From contig NZ_AP013028.1 in assembly GCF_000829315.1 (NCBI RefSeq), positions 600,001 through 632,000 of the forward strand: a DNA stretch of 32,000 nucleotides. The letters run 5' to 3'. How positions within the stretch are numbered: position 1 is the first letter of the stretch; every line of letters begins with the position of its first letter. The notes under the pieces were generated by a model, which did not search any database, was not told the origin of the DNA, and was given only the letters and a program-made list of their open reading frames with translations. The position numbers and the translations under genes were made by a program. Shown here in pieces: positions 20,688 through 28,932 of the stretch. This stretch comes from Wolbachia endosymbiont of Cimex lectularius (lineage in GTDB: Bacteria; Pseudomonadota; Alphaproteobacteria; Rickettsiales; Anaplasmataceae).

Positions 20688-22030
20688 ATGTCTGAAAGAT
20701 TGTCCTGCTCGGCGGTTAAACGCACCTTTCATGGTATTATGTATCAAACGATATGGCTAATGCTGTTTCCTAAACGTGCAGTGGATAGAGAGTATTCTTT
20801 TCGCCTATTCACAGAGAAAGAATCAGCTAAGGATTTCGATGATATCGTTCTTCGTTATGAACAAGGCGGGAAAATAATACATAGATTCATAAAAACCAAG
20901 CACAAGAAAAATAAAAACAAAAAGATCGGAATAGGTAAATTATTAACGCGGGGAAAGGATGATGCGTTTAGCTTAATAAAATATCTCATTGCTTATTTAA
21001 AAATCAAAAGTAGTGGAAAGTTTGAGGGTGAAATAGAAGATTTTGTCATTGTTACAAATGCTGATTTTGATTCCACGGATTCGACATTGTGTCCAGTACG
21101 AAAGCTGAGAATGATGTCGAACGAAAAGAATGAAGGAAAGGAAATTTCAGTTATAAGGGTAGATATACAAGATGAGTTTTTGGATGTAGGTAATGGTGCA
21201 AGATATAAATTTGATAGTAGTATTATCTCATACCTGCAGGAAAATAAGGATTTCATAAAGCGTGAGGTAGGTAGAGAAGTCAGCGATGAAAAAATAGAAG
21301 ACTTTTTAAATAAATTAGTATTTGCAGTTAATTTACCTAATAGGGCTGAATTGAGTAGAATCATTAAGAATGAGTTGGGCAAGGAATTCAGTAATGTTGA
21401 TGCAAGGTACTTCTATAGTCGCCTTCTAGAAGAAGTGCTGATTTTGATGGAAAAAGAAAAAGAGGACTTTCTATCATACAGGGAAGCAAAAGCCCTACTT
21501 GAAAAAATAAGAGAGGAAATTTTAGAAGAGATTTGGTTTGAAATAATAGAGCCAGTAGTATCTTTTACTGGTAGAAGTAGTGAATTAAAAACTTTACATA
21601 ACGCATTACGAAAGAGCGCAGGCAAACAAGCAGTGATATCACAGGTTGCTACTATTAGTGGTCTTGGAGGAGTGGGAAAAAGTGAGTTAGCTAGGAAATA
21701 TGCTTACAAATATGGAAAGTATTATGGTGGCAATGTTATATGGATAAATGCTGAAAACTTTGAGTATATGAAAAATTCTTTCTTGAGGTTAGCTGAAGAC
21801 AAGAGAGTAGGTATTTCTCCCAAAGATAAGCACGAAAAGGACAAGACGATAGAAGCTATTGTTGAAGAAATATATGCTTTCTTTGCAAGAAGGAGAAGGA
21901 AGAGCCTATTTATTTTTGATAATGCTGAGGGATATTAAAGACATTAAAAAGTTTTTACCTTCATCTTTACATCCTAGACATAAAAAACCTTATGTTCTAG
22001 TTACTTCTCGTGACTGTAAGTGGAATGTAA
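20688..22030 (+). pseudogene. NLR/STAND-like protein: possible restriction-endonuclease-like N-terminus plus NB-ARC-type NTPase; frameshifted and truncated by an IS
   Basis: ATG 20688 follows GAGGTTGAGG. N-terminus KDFDDIVLRYEQGGKIIHRFIKTKHKKNK. NTPase: FTGRSSELKTLHNAL, ISGLGGVGKSELARKYAYKY (P-loop), KSLFIFDNAEGY (Walker B). The frame shifts near 21935 to KDIKKFLPSSLHPRHKKPYVLVTSRDCKWN. The IS begins at 22031. Confidence 0.72.
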
Positions 22031-22086
22031 GAACCTGTTTAAAATCTTGGAAATGTGAGGTAAAGTAAGCATAGATTAATAATGAG

Positions 22087-22407
22087 GTGTCTATGCAGAA
22101 AAGTTATCCAAGTAATATAAGTCAAGAGCAGTTTGAAAAAATCAGGCCAATTTTGGAGAGTAGCAAGCAGAAAACAAAACCAAGAAAACTTGATTTGTAT
22201 GACGTATTTTGTGGGGTGTTGTACGTCTTAAAAAGTGGTTGTCAGTGGAGGATGTTACCAAAGGGTTTTCCAAGATGGGAAAGCGTATATTACTATTTTC
22301 GAGTGTGGAGTAAAAAGAATGGAGAAGAGCCAAGCTTGTTGGAATTAGTCTTAAAAAAAATTAGTTGGAGAGGTCCGTATCAGCAATGGTCGGAAAGAGA
22401 AAACTAG
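22087..22407 (+). CDS. IS5-family transposase, N-terminal ORF (orfA)
   Basis: MSMQKSYPSNISQEQFEKIRPILE...GVLYVLKSGCQWRMLPKGFPRWESVYYYFRVW. Confidence 0.9.
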   Translation: MSMQKSYPSNISQEQFEKIRPILESSKQKTKPRKLDLYDVFCGVLYVLKSGCQWRMLPKGFPRWESVYYYFRVWSKKNGEEPSLLELVLKKISWRGPYQQWSEREN

Positions 22408-22418
22408 CTTTTGTATAA

Positions 22419-22883
22419 TTGATTCTCAAAGCGTTAAAAACGCAGATACTGCTGAAAAAAAAAGGCTATGATGCAGGTAAAAAGATTTCAGGGATAAAGC
22501 GCCATATTGCAGTTGATACACAAGGTTTGCCACATGCAATTTATGTAACAACGGCAGAAGCAACTGACCGTAGCAGTGCTGTGAAAATGGTCGAAAATGC
22601 TAAAGCAAACCTCTCTGAAGTTAAAAACATACTGGTTGATGCTGGCTACACAGGAGAAAATTTTGCAACACAAATAAAAGCTATCATTGGTGCGACTGTT
22701 GAAGTAATAAAGCGAAGTGAGTTACACACTTTCGTCGTACTGCCAAAAAGATGGGTTGTTGAACGCTCTTTTGCCTGGTTAGAAAAGTGCAGGCGATTGT
22801 GGAAAAATTGCGAGCGGAAGCTCAACACTAGCTTACAGATGATAGTCCTCTCCTTCATTTCTCTCCTGTTACGAAGATTTTAA
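22419..22883 (+). CDS. IS5-family transposase, C-terminal ORF (orfB)
   Basis: IAVDTQGLPHAIYVTTAEATDRSSAVKM, VDAGYTGENFA and ERSFAWLEKCRRLWKNCER (DDE transposase). The first residues (MILKALKTQILLKKK) are out of frame with the probable protein IIDSQSVKNADTAEKK. Confidence 0.85.
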   Translation: MILKALKTQILLKKKGYDAGKKISGIKRHIAVDTQGLPHAIYVTTAEATDRSSAVKMVENAKANLSEVKNILVDAGYTGENFATQIKAIIGATVEVIKRSELHTFVVLPKRWVVERSFAWLEKCRRLWKNCERKLNTSLQMIVLSFISLLLRRF

Positions 22884-23040
22884 ACAGGTTCTAAGAGAAT
22901 ATTCTTCTACTTCCTCTATCATGCGAAGCTGCGAACATGTTAATTCATATATTGTTAAGGATTATTATTAAATTTTTATTAATATTAGTAATGATTAAAC
23001 TTTTAGTCAAAATGAAAGCAGACTTCTCGCATAACCTAAA

Positions 23041-23179
23041 AAAAAGTAAAAAAAACCCTGGTCAGTATTTATTTCCAGTATTGGCGTTTTTATGCCTTTA
23101 ACGCTGCAATTTAGCTGCTTTTAAACGCAACTAGTCTAAGCTATAATATTTAAGAAATTTACCAGGCAGAAAAAAGAAG
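23041..23179 (+). repeat. Large inverted repeat, left arm
   Basis: ...CCCTGGTCAGTATTTATTTCCAGTATTGGCGTTTTTATGCCTTTAACGCTGCAATTTAGCTGCTTTTAAACGCAACTAGTCTAAGCTATAATATTTAAGAAATTTACCAGGCAGAAAAAAGAA is a near-perfect reverse complement of 23608-23741. Confidence 0.9.
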
Positions 23180-23607
23180 GCTATCGAAGGAGTATGATTT
23201 ACTCACAACATTCACTGAGAATTTCATATACTTAGCTATGAGTAGAGTTATGTTAAAGAGGGAATATGCTTGAATTTGCTAGCTTCCGGACAACCTCTAT
23301 ATATTCAGAAGCCACGGGAATTCAATAGAAACAAAAAAACTGCTTGACAACTTTCGCTATTCCTTTTATCAATAGTATTGAAGCTATTTGTTTAACTTCC
23401 CAATCTGTGCAGGTTAAAATGACAAGAAAACTTGTATTTGGCGTACTATTGTTTAATTTTTCGCACTATGTGCACTGCATGTCTAAAACTTCGGGTTTTT
23501 ACCCATACAAGCTGAAACGCGCTTATAAGTCGTTTAAGACATCACCCAACGCCGGATTTTAAAATAGAGAGTGGAATAACTAGCTACCTCGGGGTTTTAT
23601 TGTCCTT

Positions 23608-23741
23608 TTCTTCTGCCTGGTAAATTTCTTAAATATTATAGCTTAGACTAGTTGCGTTTAAAAGCAGCTAAATTGCAGCGTTTAAGACATAAAAACGCCA
23701 ATACTAAAAATAAATACTGACCAGGGTTTCTTTTGCTTTTT
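23608..23741 (-). repeat. Large inverted repeat, right arm
   Basis: TTCTTCTGCCTGGTAAATTTCTTAAATATTATAGCTTAGACTAGTTGCGTTTAAAAGCAGCTAAATTGCAGCGTTTAAGACATAAAAACGCCAATACTAAAAATAAATACTGACCAGGG... Confidence 0.9.
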
Positions 23742-24158
23742 TTTTCGCTTGGTAAATTTCTTAATATTTATAGCTAGTTGTAATTCATAAATTGGGTAGA
23801 AGGTGTAATTCTGTCCAGCCTTTATCACGCAACCTCACCAAGAACGTTTTTAGCATAAGATTAGCTACTTTCCATGATCACCAAATCAGTTTGCTTGTGA
23901 ACAAGCAAATTTTCCTGGATTGTATATTAAATCAAAGCTGTAAGTCTATAATGAGCAAGGAGTGATACTGTTGACTGGATTGATTGCTTATACCAATTCC
24001 CATTACATAGGACAATAACGAGGAAAAGGCCCATACTGAAACAAGTAGAATAGCGTGTGGCATATCTGCTCCCTGTGTGATGGGAATTGGTATACCGAAG
24101 CCAAGAATATGTGTTTCCTTATATGCACAGAAGTAAATATTGTGAACACTATATTGTG

Positions 24159-24191
24159 GAACCGTGTGCGGGAAATTCGCATGCACGGTTC
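24159..24191 (+). ncRNA. Possible group II intron domain V remnant
   Basis: GAACCGTGTGCGGGAAATTCGCATGCACGGTTC forms a perfectly paired lower stem with a GAAA-type tip, similar to bacterial domain V (GAGCCGUAUGCG-GAAA-CGCACGUACGGUUC). No reverse transcriptase ORF is nearby. Confidence 0.5.
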
Positions 24192-24280
24192 TGATAGGGA
24201 GACTGTAGCGATAAGACCTAATCGATGGTTTCAAAATTGCAATTCTCTATCAACCCAAGTAGTTTTTTTTGATATCTTAT

Positions 24281-25057
24281 CTATACCAAAGTGTTCTTCT
24301 TATAGATATTATACCAACAATCCACTATTTTTTCTACGTCTCGTGGTTTAGTTTTTGGACCTATACTGATTCTAATCGAACACTCTGCTTGCTCTTTTGT
24401 TGCCCCCATTGCAAGCAAAACATGGGAAGGTTCAACTTTTCCAGAAGAACATGCAGAGCCATTGCTAACTGCAATGTTATTTAAGTCAAAATGCATGAGC
24501 TGCACGCCATTCCTTACTTTCGGCATATAAATGAGACTTGTATTTGGTAACCTTTTGGAGTTTTTACCGAAGATTTTGATACCGCTGGCAAAGTTTAACA
24601 GCTCACACTCCAATTGATCGCGTAGCTTCTTTATTTCATCCATTTTTGATAGAAGATCTGGGATATCTCGCAATGCAGCAGAAAGACCTGCAATTGCAAC
24701 AATATTTTCCGTACCACCTCGTAATCCTTTCTCTTGCCCGCCACCTATTATGATAGGTTCTATTACAAGCTTTTTGTCGTATATTAAAACTCCACTACCC
24801 GCTATACCGCCGAATTTATGAGCGGACAAAGTGAGTAAATCCACCCCTAAATCTTCCATATTAACTTCAATTTTTCCAACGCTTTGAGCAGCATCGGTGT
24901 GACAGATTGCTCCAAATTTATGTGCTATTTCAGCTACTTCCTTAACAGGCTGAATAACCCCAGTTTCGTTATTAGCCATCATCACTGAAACTATTACTCT
25001 ATCCCTCTCAAGTTTGCTCAGAATCTTTTCTAGCTCTAAAAGATCAACAACACCTTC
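24281..25057 (-). pseudogene. Cysteine desulfurase (NifS/IscS family), N-terminally truncated and fused to transposase sequence
   Basis: GVVDLLELEKILSKLERDRVIVSVMMANNETGVIQPV, HTDAAQSVGKI, LLTLSAHKFGGIAGSGVL, RGGTENI and NGSACSSG. Roughly the first 120 residues expected for the family are absent. Confidence 0.88.
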
Positions 25058-25380
25058 TAAGACTAATTCCAACAAGCTTGGCTCTTCTCCATTCTTTTTA
25101 CTCCACACTCGAAAATAGTAATATACGCTTTCCCATCTTGGAAAACCCTTTGGTAACATCCTCCACTGACAACCACTTTTTAAGACGTACAACACCCCAC
25201 AAAATACGTCATACAAATCAAGTTTTCTTGGTTTTGTTTTCTGCTTGCTACTCTCCAAAATTGGCCTGATTTTTTCAAACTGCTCTTGACTTATATTACT
25301 TGGATAACTTTTCTGCATAGACACCTCATTATTAATCTATGCTTACTTTACCTCACATTTCCAAGATTTTAAACAGGTTC
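25058..25380 (-). mobile_element. Partial IS5-family element (orfA end only), copy 2
   Basis: Same outer terminus (...CCAAGATTTTAAACAGGTTC) and orfA sequence as the full copies. Homology ends at LLELVL, i.e. right at the A8 run of the complete copies. Confidence 0.93.
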
Positions 25381-25384
25381 TAAG

Positions 25385-25684
25385 AATAAAAATGGTGAAA
25401 CTTCGCTGCACTACTCTGTCTTGTTTGGTAGCCACAGTAGCTACAATATCGTAGGATACCTCATTCGAGAAAATGCTAATGTTAACGCTAAGGATAAGAA
25501 TGGCAACACTCCGTTTCATCTCGCTGCTATAAATGGAAAGATTGATGTAGTTAAGGTACTATTAAAGTACAACGCAGATGTCAACGCAAAAAATAATGAA
25601 GGGAGAACAGCATTGTGTTATGCTACTGAACATAACTACCGGAAGCTTGTGGAGTTGCTTTTAGCTCATGCTTGTGTCTGCTGA
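25385..25684 (+). pseudogene. Ankyrin-repeat protein fragment, 5' end missing at the IS boundary
   Basis: The frame reads from the IS edge: NKNGETSLHYSVLFGSHSSYNIVGYLIRENANVNAKDKNGNTPFHLAAINGKIDVVKVLLKYNADVNAKNNEGRTALCYATEHNYRKLVELLLAHACVC. These are ankyrin motifs. Confidence 0.85.
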
Positions 25685-25733
25685 AAGTGTTTAATGTAGC
25701 TTGAGAGGAGAAAAATTATTTGTCTTGACAGCA
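25681..25733 (+). repeat. Island-flanking direct repeat, right copy
   Basis: See 20541-20583. Confidence 0.65.
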
Positions 25734-25753
25734 TATATGACATCCTTTACGAT
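25725..25753 (+). promoter_or_regulatory. Predicted sigma70-type promoter for rplU-rpmA-tRNA-Ile
   Basis: TTGACA (25725-25730), 17 nt spacer, TACGAT (25748-25753), ~30 nt upstream of the rplU ATG at 25784. Confidence 0.6.
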
Positions 25754-25783
25754 TAAAGTTAACAGTGAAAGTGTATATTTGTT

Positions 25784-26086
25784 ATGTTTGCGGTGATTGA
25801 AACAGGTGGAAAGCAGTATTTAGTAAAAAAAGGTAGTGTAATAAAAGTAGAAAAACTAGAAGCTGAGGAAGGAAAGGAGGTAGAGATTGACAAGGTAGTT
25901 TGCCTTTCAGACAACGGGTTATCTTATTCACCTAATGCTACTGTTAAAGCTGAAGTACTTGAACAACGCAGAGGGGAGAAAGTTATAATTTTTAAAAAGA
26001 AGAGAAGAAAGAATTACCGTAGGAAAACTGGCCATAGGCAATATATAACTGTTCTTCGTATCAATGAAATTAATCTTCAAAAGTAA
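25784..26086 (+). CDS. rplU: 50S ribosomal protein L21
   Basis: [60 protein letters not shown]. Confidence 0.96.
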   Translation: MFAVIETGGKQYLVKKGSVIKVEKLEAEEGKEVEIDKVVCLSDNGLSYSPNATVKAEVLEQRRGEKVIIFKKKRRKNYRRKTGHRQYITVLRINEINLQK

Positions 26087-26096
26087 GGGGTAGGGT

Positions 26097-26366
26097 ATGG
26101 CAACTAAAAAATCGGGTGGTAGTTCCTGTAATGGTAGAGACTCCGCAGGTCGTAGGTTAGGGATAAAAAAGAACGGAAAAGTTATTCCTGGTAACATAAT
26201 TGTCCGTCAAAGAGGAACAAAATTCCACCCTGGAAGGAATGTTGGTATGGGTAAAGATCATACAATTTTTGCCAAGATAGAAGGCTGGGTCAAATTTAGA
26301 AAGTCAGTAAATAAAAAGACTTTTATTGATATCTTGCCTGCGGATAATATACAAGTTTCAGCTTAG
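26097..26366 (+). CDS. rpmA: 50S ribosomal protein L27
   Basis: [59 protein letters not shown]. Confidence 0.97.
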   Translation: MATKKSGGSSCNGRDSAGRRLGIKKNGKVIPGNIIVRQRGTKFHPGRNVGMGKDHTIFAKIEGWVKFRKSVNKKTFIDILPADNIQVSA

Positions 26367-26443
<77 letters not shown>

Positions 26444-26507
26444 TTTAGTAATTACTAGCTGGATTTTCTATAACAATTTTGACATTGTATGAGCAGAAGC
26501 CTAAAGC

Positions 26508-27124
26508 ATGAGTTTATATAAAAATTTAATTACCAGTGAATCAGTTGCAGCTGGTCATCCAGACAAAGTAGCGGATCAAATTTCAGATGCAATACTTGAC
26601 AAGTACCTTTTTACTGACCCTTCCTCGCGAACTGCAATAGAAACTTTAGTTACTAAAGATAACGTTATTATAGCGGGAGAAGTGTTTGGACCTAACATCG
26701 CAAATAGCAGAATTGAAAATATTGTACACAGTACAATAAAAGATATTGGTTACGAATGCGATGGTTTCCACTGGAGAAGAGTGAAAGTAAATATATTGTT
26801 GCATGAACAATCAAATGACATTGCAATAGGGGTGGACCAAGGTGCTGGAGATCAGGGCATTATGTATGGTTATGCAACGACAGAGACAGAAAGTCTCATG
26901 CCGGCGCCAATTTTTTATGCGCACTTGATTTTAAAAAATATTATGAGTGTAGCTAAAGAAGCAAAACTTGGTCCAGATGCAAAATCGCAAATTACCTTGG
27001 TGTATGAGAATAATCTGCCAGTACGTGCTGAAAGTATTATCGTTTCAATACAGCACCCTGAAGATCTGGATCAATTGAAAGTAAAAGAAATAATTTACCC
27101 TTGCATAGTTTCATTTTTACCTAA
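26508..27124 (+). pseudogene. metK: S-adenosylmethionine synthetase, C-terminally truncated next to an IS
   Basis: SLYKNLITSESVAAGHPDKVADQISDAILD, GEVFGPNIANS, AIGVDQGAGDQGIMYGYATTET and DAKSQITLVYENN. The family sequence stops at ...IIYPCIVSFLP. The remaining residues of the ORF are IS-derived. Confidence 0.93.
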
Positions 27125-27984
27125 GAACCTGTTTAAAATCTTCGTAACAGGAGAGAAATGAAGGAGAGGACTATCATCTGTAAGCTAGTGTTGAGCTTCC
27201 GCTCGCAATTTTTCCACAATCGCCTGCACTTTTCTAACCAGGCAAAAGAGCGTTCAACAACCCATCTTTTTGGCAATACGACGAAAGTGTGTAACTCACT
27301 TCGCTTTATTACTTCAACAGTCGCACCAATGATAGCTTTTATTTGTGTTGCAAAATTTTCTCCTGTGTAGCCAGCATCAACCAGTATGTTTTTAACTTCA
27401 GAGAGGTTTGCTTTAGCATTTTCGACCATTTTCACAGCACTGCTACGGTCAGTTGCTTCTGCCGTTGTTACATAAATTGCATGTGGCAAACCTTGTGTAT
27501 CAACTGCAATATGGCGCTTTATCCCTGAAATCTTTTTACCTGCATCATAGCCTTTTTTTTCAGCAGTATCTGCGTTTTTAACGCTTTGAGAATCAATTAT
27601 ACAAAAGCTAGTTTTCTCTTTCCGACCATTGCTGATACGGACCTCTCCAACTAATTTTTTTTAAGACTAATTCCAACAAGCTTGGCTCTTCTCCATTCTT
27701 TTTACTCCACACTCGAAAATAGTAATATACGCTTTCCCATCTTGGAAAACCCTTTGGTAACATCCTCCACTGACAACCACTTTTTAAGACGTACAACACC
27801 CCACAAAATACGTCATACAAATCAAGTTTTCTTGGTTTTGTTTTCTGCTTGCTACTCTCCAAAATTGGCCTGATTTTTTCAAACTGCTCTTGACTTATAT
27901 TACTTGGATAACTTTTCTGCATAGACACCTCATTATTAATCTATGCTTACTTTACCTCACATTTCCAAGATTTTAAACAGGTTC
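27125..27984 (-). mobile_element. IS5-family (IS427-like group) insertion sequence, full-length copy 3
   Basis: Same TIRs (GAACCTGTTTAAAATCTT...AAGATTTTAAACAGGTTC), TAA on both sides, orfA 27608-27928 and orfB covering 27133-27489. Nearly identical to copy 1. Confidence 0.93.
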
Positions 27985-28059
27985 TAATATAAAGGGCTAG
28001 ATTCAACTTGGCGGACGAGAATTAACTGATAAAGAAAGCTGATGCATATATTTTTATCT

Positions 28060-28923
28060 TCAAGGTTTCTTATCGAGTATAAACATCAGCTCGTCCCATT
28101 CCCTTTTACCAATTCCGCTTTCCTCTCTAGTAACATTTTCTCCTTTAATTAATTTGCGAACTACCTCTAGACCAGTTCTTGAAATACAAACCGATTCTAA
28201 GCAATATTCAACGAAAGCGCTGTAGGCCATTGGGACCCACTTCTTTATTATATCCAACATAACTTCTGCATAGACTCTAATTTCATACTGAGCATGCTTG
28301 TCAGCTCTAAGTTTCAAAAAATGAAGAAGGTTATGCAGATCTATCTTCCAATAAAATTGCGTGTAGTAATTAAGCATTAGATTGGTTCTGGCAATTTCTC
28401 TTGCGAGTCCCTGCTGAATAAATTTCCCATAATGAGAATATACTAAATTAGAGTCATTTGTCAGAGAATCTATTATTTCTTTTGATGTATGTGAGTCAAA
28501 AGCTTCACCACTACCTTGTTTATTATTATCAGATTGTTTTGCAACCTGTTCTGGCCTTGGTATGTAAAATTCATTGTCAAGTATTGAATACCTTGCTGAA
28601 TACTCATTCACATTTGCAGTTCTATGCCTTATCCATTGTCTTGCAACAAAAATTGGAAGTTTCACGTGAAACTTCATTTCACACATCTCAAACGGAGTTG
28701 TGTGGTGATTCCTCATTAAATACTTTATAAGCGCTTCATCTTGACTTATCTGTTTTGTTTCCTTTCCATAAGAAACACGAGCGGCTTGAACTATAGCGCT
28801 GTCAGAGCCCATATAATCTACTACTCGAATAAATCCATGATCTAATACCTTATGTTCCTCAAATAGAATTTCATCTATTTCTTTTACTGTAATTCTCTTG
28901 GTTGAATAACGTTCCTCGTTCAT
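28060..28923 (-). CDS. thyX: FAD-dependent thymidylate synthase
   Basis: [17 protein letters not shown] is the ThyX RHRxxxxxxS signature; also [12 protein letters not shown]. Confidence 0.96.
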   Translation of the reverse strand: MNEERYSTKRITVKEIDEILFEEHKVLDHGFIRVVDYMGSDSAIVQAARVSYGKETKQISQDEALIKYLMRNHHTTPFEMCEMKFHVKLPIFVARQWIRHRTANVNEYSARYSILDNEFYIPRPEQVAKQSDNNKQGSGEAFDSHTSKEIIDSLTNDSNLVYSHYGKFIQQGLAREIARTNLMLNYYTQFYWKIDLHNLLHFLKLRADKHAQYEIRVYAEVMLDIIKKWVPMAYSAFVEYCLESVCISRTGLEVVRKLIKGENVTREESGIGKREWDELMFILDKKP

Positions 28924-28932
28924 AAAATATCC

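Larger units (their letters stand above)
22031..22891 (+). mobile_element. IS5-family (IS427-like group) insertion sequence, full-length copy 1
   Basis: Terminal inverted repeats GAACCTGTTTAAAATCTT...AAGATTTTAAACAGGTTC, flanked by TAA/TAA. Transposase orfA 22087-22407 and orfB ~22419-22883 (HIAVDTQGLPHAIYVTTAEATDRSSA...ILVDAGYTGENFA...VVERSFAWLEKCRRLWKNCER). Confidence 0.93.

Noticed and set aside
23932-24234. 100-aa minus-strand ORF (MKPSIRSYRYSLPIRTVHANF...) and the overlapping 98-aa plus-strand ORF
   Set aside because: Both cross the domain V-like hairpin and show no protein family features. They are probably accidental ORFs in intron-like non-coding sequence.
22900-24260. CRISPR array
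   Set aside because: The repeated segments are few, long, differently oriented and irregularly spaced, with no short repeat-spacer periodicity and no cas genes.
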